A stretch of DNA of 56,831 bases from Oscillospiraceae bacterium (GTDB taxonomy: Bacteria; Bacillota; Clostridia; Oscillospirales; Oscillospiraceae). The DNA lies in NCBI GenBank assembly GCA_009786445.1, contig WQTE01000001.1:1-56831 (forward strand), in the 5' to 3' direction. Positions 18,675-25,758 of this stretch are shown one piece after another; within the stretch, counting starts at the first letter, position 1, and each line of letters starts with the position of its first letter. The notes below the pieces were generated by a model. It saw only the letters and a list, made by a program, of their open reading frames with translations. It ran no database searches and was not told the DNA's origin. The position numbers were made by a program, and so were the translations under genes.

Positions 18675-19481
18675 CTAATACGCCGTGCCGGCAGCGGCAG
18701 GTTTTCCGGTCGATTTTCCACAGGCTCCGCAGACAATTACAACACCGGAGCTTGTTCCTAAGCGGTTTGCACCTGCATCTATCATTGCTTTTGCTGTTGC
18801 AGCCTCTTTAATGCCACCGGAAGCTTTAACTCCGATTTCACTGCCTACAACCTTGCGCATCAAGCTGACATCTTCCACAGTTGCTCCACCGGTGGAAAAC
18901 CCTGTAGAGGTCTTAACGAAGTCTACTCCGACCATTTTACAGATAGCGCATACACGCACTTTTTCCTCATCGGTCAGCAGACTTGTTTCGATAATTACTT
19001 TGAGCAAAGCACGTCCTGACACCGCCATATAAATCGACTCTATGTCGTTTTTGACATAATCCCAGTCGCCTGATTTGACAGCACCAACGTTTATTACCAT
19101 GTCGACTTCTTTTGCGCCGTTTTCGACTGCTTCTCTTGCTTCGTACACCTTGGTTTTTGTGGTTGTCGCACCGAGTGGGAAGCCTATAACGGTGCAAACT
19201 TTTACATCGCTGCCTTTAAGGCAATCGCGACTAAGCGGAACAAACCAAGGGTTTACGCAAACCGAAACAAATCGGTGCTCCATCGCTTCTTTGCACAGCT
19301 TTTTGACATCACTCTCTGTTGCTTCTGCTTTGAGCAATGTGTGGTCAATAAAGTTGCAAAATCCGCTGTTCTTGCAATTTGAAGAACTTCCACCACTGCT
19401 CCCTGTATTAAGAGATTTTTCGTTGCGCAGTTTTTGGTATATCTCTTCAGTTATTTTTTCAATTAATAAATCCATGTCCAT
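18675..19481 (-). CDS. deoC: Deoxyribose-phosphate aldolase (DERA) with about 43-aa N-terminal extension (encapsulation-peptide-like helix + Gly/Ser linker)
   Basis: Core [11 protein letters not shown]...VCVNP...[10 protein letters not shown]...LKVIIET...[15 protein letters not shown]...GVKASGG is collinear with Firmicutes DeoC, including the Schiff-base Lys context VKTSTGF. It is preceded by [34 protein letters not shown]. Confidence 0.9.
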   Translation of the reverse strand: MDMDLLIEKITEEIYQKLRNEKSLNTGSSGGSSSNCKNSGFCNFIDHTLLKAEATESDVKKLCKEAMEHRFVSVCVNPWFVPLSRDCLKGSDVKVCTVIGFPLGATTTKTKVYEAREAVENGAKEVDMVINVGAVKSGDWDYVKNDIESIYMAVSGRALLKVIIETSLLTDEEKVRVCAICKMVGVDFVKTSTGFSTGGATVEDVSLMRKVVGSEIGVKASGGIKEAATAKAMIDAGANRLGTSSGVVIVCGACGKSTGKPAAAGTAY

Positions 19482-19550
19482 GTCTATCGTATTTCATCCC
19501 TTCTTATAGCATTTTTACTCAAACAACTACCGAATCCTCGGTGTCGTGAC

Positions 19551-19829
19551 TTATTTGCCTTTGGGGAGAATTTTTTCCACGTCTTCATGCGGGCGCGGAA
19601 TAACATGTACAGATACCAATTCGCCGACACGCTTTGCTGCTGCTGCTCCTGCTTCCGTGGATGCTTTAACTGCACCAACATCGCCGCGTACCATGACTGT
19701 GACGAGTCCGCTACCGATTTGCTCTTTGCCCAGAAGTGTGACATTTGCAGCTTTTACCATTGCATCTGCTGCCTCAACTGCTCCCACGAGACCTTTTGTT
19801 TCTACCATTCCTAATGCTTGCTTTTCCAT
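19551..19829 (-). CDS. BMC shell hexamer protein (BMC-H, PduA/EutM-like)
   Basis: 92 aa. [53 protein letters not shown]... is a canonical single BMC domain. Confidence 0.95.
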   Translation of the reverse strand: MEKQALGMVETKGLVGAVEAADAMVKAANVTLLGKEQIGSGLVTVMVRGDVGAVKASTEAGAAAAKRVGELVSVHVIPRPHEDVEKILPKGK

Positions 19830-19893
19830 ATTCTATTAATTTCCTTTCTAAATTTGAATGTTTTCCTAAAATAACTTTGACCTCATTTTTTAT

Positions 19894-20400
19894 TTATGAA
19901 GGCAAAATGATTTCCACTTCTTCATGGGGACGCGGTATTACGTGTACCGATACAAGCTCCCCAACGCGCTTGACTGACTGTGCACCTGCTTCGACCGCCG
20001 CTTTGACTGCGCCGACGTCGCCGCGCACCATAACAGTGACCAGACCGCCGCCTACCGTCTGCTTGCCTACAAGGCTAACATCGGCAGCTTTTACCATCGT
20101 ATCCGCAGCTTCAATTGCGCCTACGAGTCCGCGGGATTCTACCATACCCAGTGCTTCCAGTTTCATTGCTCTCCCCTCCTTTCCTGTTTTTACGGGAACT
20201 TCGCTTTTTGTTACTTTTGCCGTCGTTGCATTTTTTGTTGCCGCTGCGGGTGCAGTTTTCGTTGCCGCTACACTTGCCACTGCGGGCGAAGTTTTGGTTG
20301 TAGCCGCGCTTTTCTTTTCGGGTGCAGCTACGCTTTTTGTTGCAGTTGCAGTTGCGGTTGCAGCTTTCGTTGCAGTCGCGCTTTTCTTAGTCACCGCCAT
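19894..20400 (-). CDS. BMC-H shell protein with 78-aa Ala/Thr/Lys-rich N-terminal extension (alternative short form from ATG 20166)
   Basis: C-terminal 90 aa ([35 protein letters not shown]...) is a canonical BMC-H. The upstream in-frame 78 codons are low-complexity A/T/K. Strong RBSs precede both ATG 20400 (AAGGAGGG) and ATG 20166 (AGGAGGGG). Confidence 0.8.
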   Translation of the reverse strand: MAVTKKSATATKAATATATATKSVAAPEKKSAATTKTSPAVASVAATKTAPAAATKNATTAKVTKSEVPVKTGKEGRAMKLEALGMVESRGLVGAIEAADTMVKAADVSLVGKQTVGGGLVTVMVRGDVGAVKAAVEAGAQSVKRVGELVSVHVIPRPHEEVEIILPS

Positions 20401-20413
20401 AAAAGCCCTCCTT

Positions 20414-20959
20414 TTATATCAATGCTTCGCGGATAGATTCATGCGGAGCAGGAATAACTGATGTACGCGCTATCATTCCTTCACATTCCGGGACAGATTT
20501 TCCGACCCGTACAGCTTCGCTTACCGCACTAACATCTCCGGTTAGCACAACATATGATTTTCCGCCTAATCCGCGCCCCAGCCGTATTTCTATCAGCAAT
20601 ACGTCCGCCGCTTTGACTGCGGCATCTGAGGCATGAATACATGAGGCAAGGGAAAATGTCTCTATTACACCAATCGCTCCGGTTTCCGGAATCTCCGCTG
20701 CGCCGTTTATAGCCTGAAATACTTGTTTATGTACATTCGGAATCAGCAAACTATCGACAATATTCTCGGCACCCGTCGCAACTCCGGCTTCCACTGAACT
20801 TTTGACAGCGGCAACACTGCCGCGCACCATAACGACAAACTTACCCGAACATACGGGATTTGCCGCAGTAAGCGTTGTCGCCGCAACTTTAAGCATACTG
20901 TCTCCGGCTTCTATTCCGGCTGCAATGCTATTGAGTTCTACCAGTCCCAGTGCATCCAT
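20414..20959 (-). CDS. pduT: Tandem-domain BMC shell protein (BMC-T, PduT-like)
   Basis: 181 aa with two BMC domains ([22 protein letters not shown]..., [22 protein letters not shown]...). Cys37 in NPVCSGKF is in register with the pore [4Fe-4S]-ligand Cys of PduT. Confidence 0.8.
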   Translation of the reverse strand: MDALGLVELNSIAAGIEAGDSMLKVAATTLTAANPVCSGKFVVMVRGSVAAVKSSVEAGVATGAENIVDSLLIPNVHKQVFQAINGAAEIPETGAIGVIETFSLASCIHASDAAVKAADVLLIEIRLGRGLGGKSYVVLTGDVSAVSEAVRVGKSVPECEGMIARTSVIPAPHESIREALI

Positions 20960-22302
20960 TATGCGTTTCCTCCTACAGCTTGTATTTCAACAAATCCATT
21001 GTCCACTGCCGCCACCACACCGGAGATACTGGCGTGGACATTAGCTCCCAGTTGACCTTCGGGTATGTTTCCGATTATATCACCCGGCTTAACCGATTGC
21101 CCTTTTTTCACACAAGGGGTGCACGGTGCTCCGATATGTTGTTTGAGTGGGATTTTTACACGCTCTGTCTTAATTGGCTCACGTTCCATAGGTGCGGGTA
21201 CATCGTAAGCACGAATTCCCAATCTGCTGACGAGTCGGCTTACAGGCAGATTCTTGACGGTGCGCTCGGCTGACACTCCTATCGACTCTTTATTCTCAAA
21301 CGGAACTTTTTTCTTAAGAAGCTCGCTTTTTAGCATTCCCATAATTCTGCTCGGTAATAGTTCCATCGTGCAAGCGAAGTATGAACATATCCCGCATTCG
21401 CAGCAACTTATCACTTGCTCGGGGACCATGCCGTCGCCGCTTCCGAAAGCTATCGCTCTCATCGCCTTGTGCGGCGATGTTTGCTGTCCCAGGGTGTTTC
21501 GGGGACACATCAGTGTGCATTGGTTACATCCGCAACACGCCGCACGGCTGAGCTTTATCTGGCTTTGCAGTGGCGAGGTCTTTTTGGTTATTAGCCCGTG
21601 ATCCTTTTTCAGCACTATGATGCCACCCAGGGTTTTGGTTACAGGTGTGTCCCAATCTGATGTGACTGCTCCCATTGCAGGACCACCGAGCAGTAGCGCA
21701 TACTCTTCTTCGTTTGCCGGACCGTCGGCATACTCAACCAGCTTACGTACAGACGTTCCGATTGGTGCTAAAACCGTAACCGGTTTACTTACCTCTCCTG
21801 TAATCGTCACATACTTGTGAGTAACAGGGTTATCATCCATTGCCTCTGCAACGTTTACGAGCGTATTGACATTTAGCACCACCGCGCCTTTGGCTATCGG
21901 TATACCGCCGACAGGAACTACCTCTCCGGTTACTTCATATACAAGTGCCTGTTCATCTCCGGCAGGGTAATAGTTGCTAACGGTAAGTAGCGAAATGTCC
22001 TTTTTTGTGTCAGAAATAACTTTTTTCAGGCTCTTGACGGCTTGTTTGTATTTTTCTTTCAAGCAGATGACACCGCGCTTCGCACCTGCCAGTTCCATCG
22101 CAATGTCCACGCCTTTTACAACTTGAGCCGCATAATGTTCCATAATTTGCTGATCAACCCGCAAAAGCGGCTCGCACTCTGCGCCGTTTGCTATAATCAC
22201 TTGCGCCTGCGCCCCAAGTTTAACATGGGTCGGGAAGCCTGCGCCGCCTGCGCCGACGATTCCTGCCGCACGTATTTTTTCAATGTGTGATGTCGCAGCC
22301 AT
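20959..22302 (-). CDS. pduS: PduS-like flavo-iron-sulfur protein (RnfC/NuoF-like, 2x[4Fe-4S])
   Basis: 447 aa. GAGGAGFPTHVKL nucleotide/FMN motif, and two ferredoxin-type Cys clusters (CCGCNQCTLMCP; CCECGICSYFAC). C-terminal barrel-sandwich-like segment. Its stop overlaps the BMC-T start by 1 nt. Confidence 0.75.
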   Translation of the reverse strand: MAATSHIEKIRAAGIVGAGGAGFPTHVKLGAQAQVIIANGAECEPLLRVDQQIMEHYAAQVVKGVDIAMELAGAKRGVICLKEKYKQAVKSLKKVISDTKKDISLLTVSNYYPAGDEQALVYEVTGEVVPVGGIPIAKGAVVLNVNTLVNVAEAMDDNPVTHKYVTITGEVSKPVTVLAPIGTSVRKLVEYADGPANEEEYALLLGGPAMGAVTSDWDTPVTKTLGGIIVLKKDHGLITKKTSPLQSQIKLSRAACCGCNQCTLMCPRNTLGQQTSPHKAMRAIAFGSGDGMVPEQVISCCECGICSYFACTMELLPSRIMGMLKSELLKKKVPFENKESIGVSAERTVKNLPVSRLVSRLGIRAYDVPAPMEREPIKTERVKIPLKQHIGAPCTPCVKKGQSVKPGDIIGNIPEGQLGANVHASISGVVAAVDNGFVEIQAVGGNA

Positions 22303-22344
22303 AAATAACTTAATCTCCTGTATTTTGTAAGGTCAATGTTAGCG

Positions 22345-23778
22345 TTAAAGAATGTAGAACGAACCTGACAGGGCGCATCTTCGGGCACGCACAAAGCTCT
22401 TTGCCGAGGTAACGCCTTCCCCTGTAGGTGTTGCAATTGTAAGACTTGTATGACCTTCTCCTTCAAGTCCCAGCCCCGCAAACGATGGTGCATTTTTCAC
22501 AAAAATCGTTGTATCGAGTGCTCTTGCAGCAATCGTGAGGTTATCAATGTTCTTTGAGTGCATTATTGCTGTGTGGAGGTATCCGTTTTCTGCGGCTACC
22601 GCCCTTTTCACGGCTTCTTCAAAACTTCCAACCGATACTATGGGTAACACAGGCATAAGCATTTCTGTTGTGACAAGTGGATGTTCCGCCTTGCATCTGC
22701 ATATTATGAGAACAGGCTCGCCACTATAGTTTATTCCGCAGCTTTTGAGGATATGTGTTGCGCTGCGCCCTACGAAATTTTTATTTGCAGCCAGTCCGTG
22801 TTTTGTTTCGGCAATAACGGTACGGGCAATAATCTCAACTTCCCTTTCGTCAGCTAAGTAGCATCCTGCCGCAACCATGTTCTCAACCAATCTACTTTCA
22901 ACACTGCTTACAACAAAGACTTCTTTTTCAGCTATGCACATTACGTTATTGTCAAATGATGCCCCGCGGGTGATGTCTTTTGCGGCTTTTTCTATGTCAG
23001 CAGTTTCGTCAACTATAACAGGAGGATTCCCGGGACCTGCCGCTATGACTTTTTTGCCGCTTCTCATCGCAAGGTTTACAACAGCCTCTCCGCCTGTTAT
23101 CGCGAGCATTCTTATTTGTGCGTGTTCCATCAGTTCTTTGCCTGTCGCTGCCGAGGGCTGCACAACAGTGCCTAAAAGGCTTGATACTCCGCAGGTTTCT
23201 CTGATTGCTCTGTTAAGTATTTTTACAGCTTCGTTTGATGCATTTTTCGCACCCGGATGCGGATTAAATACCACTCCGTTTGCTCCTGCAATCATGCTCA
23301 AACTGTTATTGATAATTGTGGCTGTGGGGTTTGTAGACGGTGTAATAGATCCGATTACGCCATACGGCGCATGTTCAATCAAAGTTAGTCCATTGTCACC
23401 GGAATATGCTGTCGGGATAAAGTCTTCCAAACCCGGGGTTTTTTCTGCGGCAACGCGATTTTTCGCAATTTTGTGTGCTACAACGCCATAGCCTGTTTCC
23501 TCATGCGCCAGCTTCGCAAGAAGCTCTGCATTATCTACAGCGGCACGGCGCATGGCTTCAATGACCTCTGCGCGTTTTCTGACAGGTAACCTACTAAACT
23601 GCGCTTGACTCTCAGAAACCGCTGAAACTGCTTGACTAATGGTTTCGTAGACACCATCCTCCCGGACAGTGTGAGCAGAAAATGCTCCGGGCACAGGCGC
23701 GTTGGCACCGTTGATGCCGTCAGTGCTTACTCCCATTTCAAGCAATATTTCTTTAATTTGGGTGTCAGTCATTCCCAT
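22345..23778 (-). CDS. CoA-acylating aldehyde dehydrogenase (PduP/EutE family) with N-terminal encapsulation-peptide-like helix
   Basis: 477 aa. Catalytic Cys context FDNNVMCIAEKEVFV, and EutE/PduP-like length. The N-terminus MGMTDTQIKEILLEMGV resembles PduP/EutE targeting helices. Confidence 0.85.
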   Translation of the reverse strand: MGMTDTQIKEILLEMGVSTDGINGANAPVPGAFSAHTVREDGVYETISQAVSAVSESQAQFSRLPVRKRAEVIEAMRRAAVDNAELLAKLAHEETGYGVVAHKIAKNRVAAEKTPGLEDFIPTAYSGDNGLTLIEHAPYGVIGSITPSTNPTATIINNSLSMIAGANGVVFNPHPGAKNASNEAVKILNRAIRETCGVSSLLGTVVQPSAATGKELMEHAQIRMLAITGGEAVVNLAMRSGKKVIAAGPGNPPVIVDETADIEKAAKDITRGASFDNNVMCIAEKEVFVVSSVESRLVENMVAAGCYLADEREVEIIARTVIAETKHGLAANKNFVGRSATHILKSCGINYSGEPVLIICRCKAEHPLVTTEMLMPVLPIVSVGSFEEAVKRAVAAENGYLHTAIMHSKNIDNLTIAARALDTTIFVKNAPSFAGLGLEGEGHTSLTIATPTGEGVTSAKSFVRARRCALSGSFYIL

Positions 23779-24179
23779 TATACACTGCTCTCCTCATTTA
23801 TGATTTCCATTCCCAACTCGCGTGCTCTGTCCGCTGCGAGTGGTGTAATTATACAGTTTTTTCCGATATTCAGTACAGTCTGCCCTGACCTATGCAGAGA
23901 AATTATGTCGTCCTCAAGCAGTAATTCGCTTCGCACTTCACTGCTGTTTTGTTTTCCCTTTGTGTTGCAGCAGCCATCGCATATTTTAAGCTCTGATTCT
24001 ACGATTTCTCTGAGCAACTGCTTCAAAAGCTTAAAAAGGTCGGCTGATATTTTCACTTTATCGCCCTTGCCTGAGCAGCAACCTTGACCAAGTGCTTTTG
24101 GTGCTTCGGCAACTCTATTTTTCACGCCGAACCTACTCTCGGTATCTTCAACCAAACGTTTTATCTCTGCATCAGTCAT
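23778..24179 (-). CDS. Small Cys-rich BMC-associated protein of unknown function
   Basis: 133 aa. Two GCCxxKG motifs (GCCSGKG, GCCNTKG), each next to an amphipathic helix (AEIKRLVEDTESRF; DLFKLLKQLLREIVE). C-terminal ..IITPLAADRARELGMEI module. Its stop overlaps the AldDH start by 1 nt. Confidence 0.6.
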   Translation of the reverse strand: MTDAEIKRLVEDTESRFGVKNRVAEAPKALGQGCCSGKGDKVKISADLFKLLKQLLREIVESELKICDGCCNTKGKQNSSEVRSELLLEDDIISLHRSGQTVLNIGKNCIITPLAADRARELGMEIINEESSV

Positions 24180-24200
24180 TTTAAAGACTTTCCTTTCAAA

Positions 24201-24800
24201 CTAATCCGGCATTAAAATCTCTATGCTCTGCCCATCCGTAAGCCCCGCTGCTGTGGCTTCATCGCTGTCGAGATGTAGCTCCACGCACTCTTTCTCACTT
24301 ATGCGCACAAGCACCTCTTCAAAAATCATTTTCCGCTCACCACTGTTCACAGCGGCACAAAGCTTTTGTCCATCCGATAAACGGTATATAGTCGCATACT
24401 CACGAGATATGTACAGACTCCGCGCCGATGCAGCAGCACCATGTTCCAAAACAACTTCCCCTTGCGGTCCGCGTAATATGCACTTTGCGCATTTGCCAAA
24501 ATCCCCGTTAAAAACTCGTAAACCTTTTATTCCTATTTGTAATGCTTCGGTAAAACTTATGTTTACCAGTGTTTTTTCGTATTTACCCGAAGCTGTCACA
24601 ACCTGTTTTAGTGTGTTTTTTGGTCCGCACACATCCAGTGTGCCTATAGACCCGCTCCCAAAAAGAGTCTGCTTGTCTGCCGGGCTTAGGTGAACATGAG
24701 TCGGCATAACAACCGTCCGGGCATACAATCCTTCCCCCGCTTTGGCAAAAGCCGCAAACAATCCCATTTCAACTCGGCATTTCAGCTCATCTTTCTGCAT
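24201..24800 (-). CDS. pduL: PduL-type phosphotransacylase (divergent second repeat)
   Basis: 199 aa. First-repeat motif PTHVHLSPADKQTLFG and C-terminal GERKMIFEEVLVRISEKECVELHLDSDEATAAGL match PduL. The second-repeat RHIHM position reads RSLYI. Confidence 0.75.
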   Translation of the reverse strand: MQKDELKCRVEMGLFAAFAKAGEGLYARTVVMPTHVHLSPADKQTLFGSGSIGTLDVCGPKNTLKQVVTASGKYEKTLVNISFTEALQIGIKGLRVFNGDFGKCAKCILRGPQGEVVLEHGAAASARSLYISREYATIYRLSDGQKLCAAVNSGERKMIFEEVLVRISEKECVELHLDSDEATAAGLTDGQSIEILMPD

Positions 24801-24852
24801 CAGTTCACTTCCTGTAAAATCTATCGCCCAACTACCTTTAGCGCATCATTAA

Positions 24853-25602
24853 TTATATGCTTCCCAGAATCTCGTTCATGCTCTCCGGAGCCAGGCTCGC
24901 ACCACCTATTAAAAATCCATCAACACCATCAAGTGCAGCCACACCAGCAATATTATCCGGCTTAACGCTGCCACCGTATAGTAGCGGAACCTTGGAGCCT
25001 TGTTCGCCAAATTGCTCTATCAGAACCCTGCGTATCCAACCCATCGTCTCACTTATCTGCTCGGGACCTGCGATTTTCCCTGTGCCTATTGCCCAAATCG
25101 GCTCGTAAGCGATGATTAGCGGCGATATCTTCGCACCAATGAGCCCGCCAATAATCTGACGGCAGAGAACTTTGTGATATTCGCCACTTTCACGCTCCTG
25201 CAAAGTCTCCCCTATACATACCAGCGGGGTTATGCCGTTTCGCTGTGCGGCACGGACTTTTAGGTTAACCTGTATGTCGGTTTCGTGGAACATGCTACGG
25301 CGTTTGCTATGCCCTATAATAACGTGGGTTCCTCCTGCATCAAGCAGCATTTCTGCTGATATTTCGCCTGTATATGCGCCATCTTTTTCCCAGTGCATAT
25401 TTTGCAGACCCACCACAATATTCTTCTTTTTCGCAGTTGCACTGATTAAAGGCAAAGCTGTCGCCGGAACAAAAAGCATTATCTCTATTCCATCCCTGCA
25501 CTCCGGCCTAAGGGCATTAAAATATTCTTTCGCCTCCGTCCCGGTCATATACATTTTCCAGTTTCCGGCAACTATTAAATTTTTGTTTTTACCCTCACTC
25601 AT
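24853..25602 (-). CDS. tpiA: Triosephosphate isomerase (operon-dedicated paralog)
   Basis: 249 aa. AGNWKMY (Asn/Lys), IIGHSKRR (His), AYEPIWAIGTG (Glu), YGGSVKP. First gene of the BMC operon. Confidence 0.9.
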   Translation of the reverse strand: MSEGKNKNLIVAGNWKMYMTGTEAKEYFNALRPECRDGIEIMLFVPATALPLISATAKKKNIVVGLQNMHWEKDGAYTGEISAEMLLDAGGTHVIIGHSKRRSMFHETDIQVNLKVRAAQRNGITPLVCIGETLQERESGEYHKVLCRQIIGGLIGAKISPLIIAYEPIWAIGTGKIAGPEQISETMGWIRRVLIEQFGEQGSKVPLLYGGSVKPDNIAGVAALDGVDGFLIGGASLAPESMNEILGSI

Positions 25603-25641
25603 AGGAACTCCATTTCATTTAGGAACGTTTGTTACTGAGCT

Positions 25642-25657
25642 AGTTACTCTTGTAACT
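25642..25657. promoter_or_regulatory. 16-bp palindrome AGTTACTCTTGTAACT (operator candidate at the BMC operon transcription start)
   Basis: AGTTAC / GTAACT arms separated by 4 nt, directly abutting the minus-strand -10 box. An extra GTTAC half-site lies at 25631-25635. Confidence 0.45.
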
Positions 25658-25686
25658 ATTGTATCAGTTGTAAACATCCCTGTCAA
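25658..25686 (-). promoter_or_regulatory. Sigma-70-type promoter of the BMC operon
   Basis: On the minus strand: TTGACA (25681-25686), 17-nt spacer, TACAAT (25658-25663). About 55 nt upstream of the tpiA ATG. Confidence 0.6.
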
Positions 25687-25729
25687 TAGTTTTTTATTAT
25701 ATCATATGTGAATTTTGTCTCTGTATTTC

Positions 25730-25758
25730 TTGACAAAACCTTATGCGAGCTGTATCAT
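25730..25758 (+). promoter_or_regulatory. Sigma-70-type promoter of the divergent kinase-isomerase-lacI unit
   Basis: TTGACA (25730-25735), 17-nt spacer, TATCAT (25753-25758). About 38 nt upstream of ATG 25796. Confidence 0.6.

Noticed and set aside
19745-20461. 238-aa plus-strand ORF spanning both BMC-H genes
   Set aside because: It is antisense to two canonical BMC-domain genes. Its translation is Ala/Thr/Pro/Phe-rich mirror sequence of the Ala/Val/Gly-rich shell proteins and of the A/T/K extension. It has no independent signals.
22197-22493. 98-aa minus-strand ORF bridging the AldDH 3' end and the PduS-like 5' end
   Set aside because: It is out of frame with both well-supported genes and overlaps them on the same strand. 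It is basic and low complexity, and has no RBS.
16718-25602. Classification of the BMC locus as PDU, EUT, GRM (glycyl-radical) or fucose/rhamnose (class II aldolase) type
   Set aside because: No ORF in or near the operon resembles diol dehydratase, ethanolamine ammonia-lyase, a roughly 800-aa glycyl-radical enzyme or its activase, or a class II aldolase. Reactivase and adenosyltransferase genes are also absent. PduS/PduT/PduL homologues alone do not define PDU.
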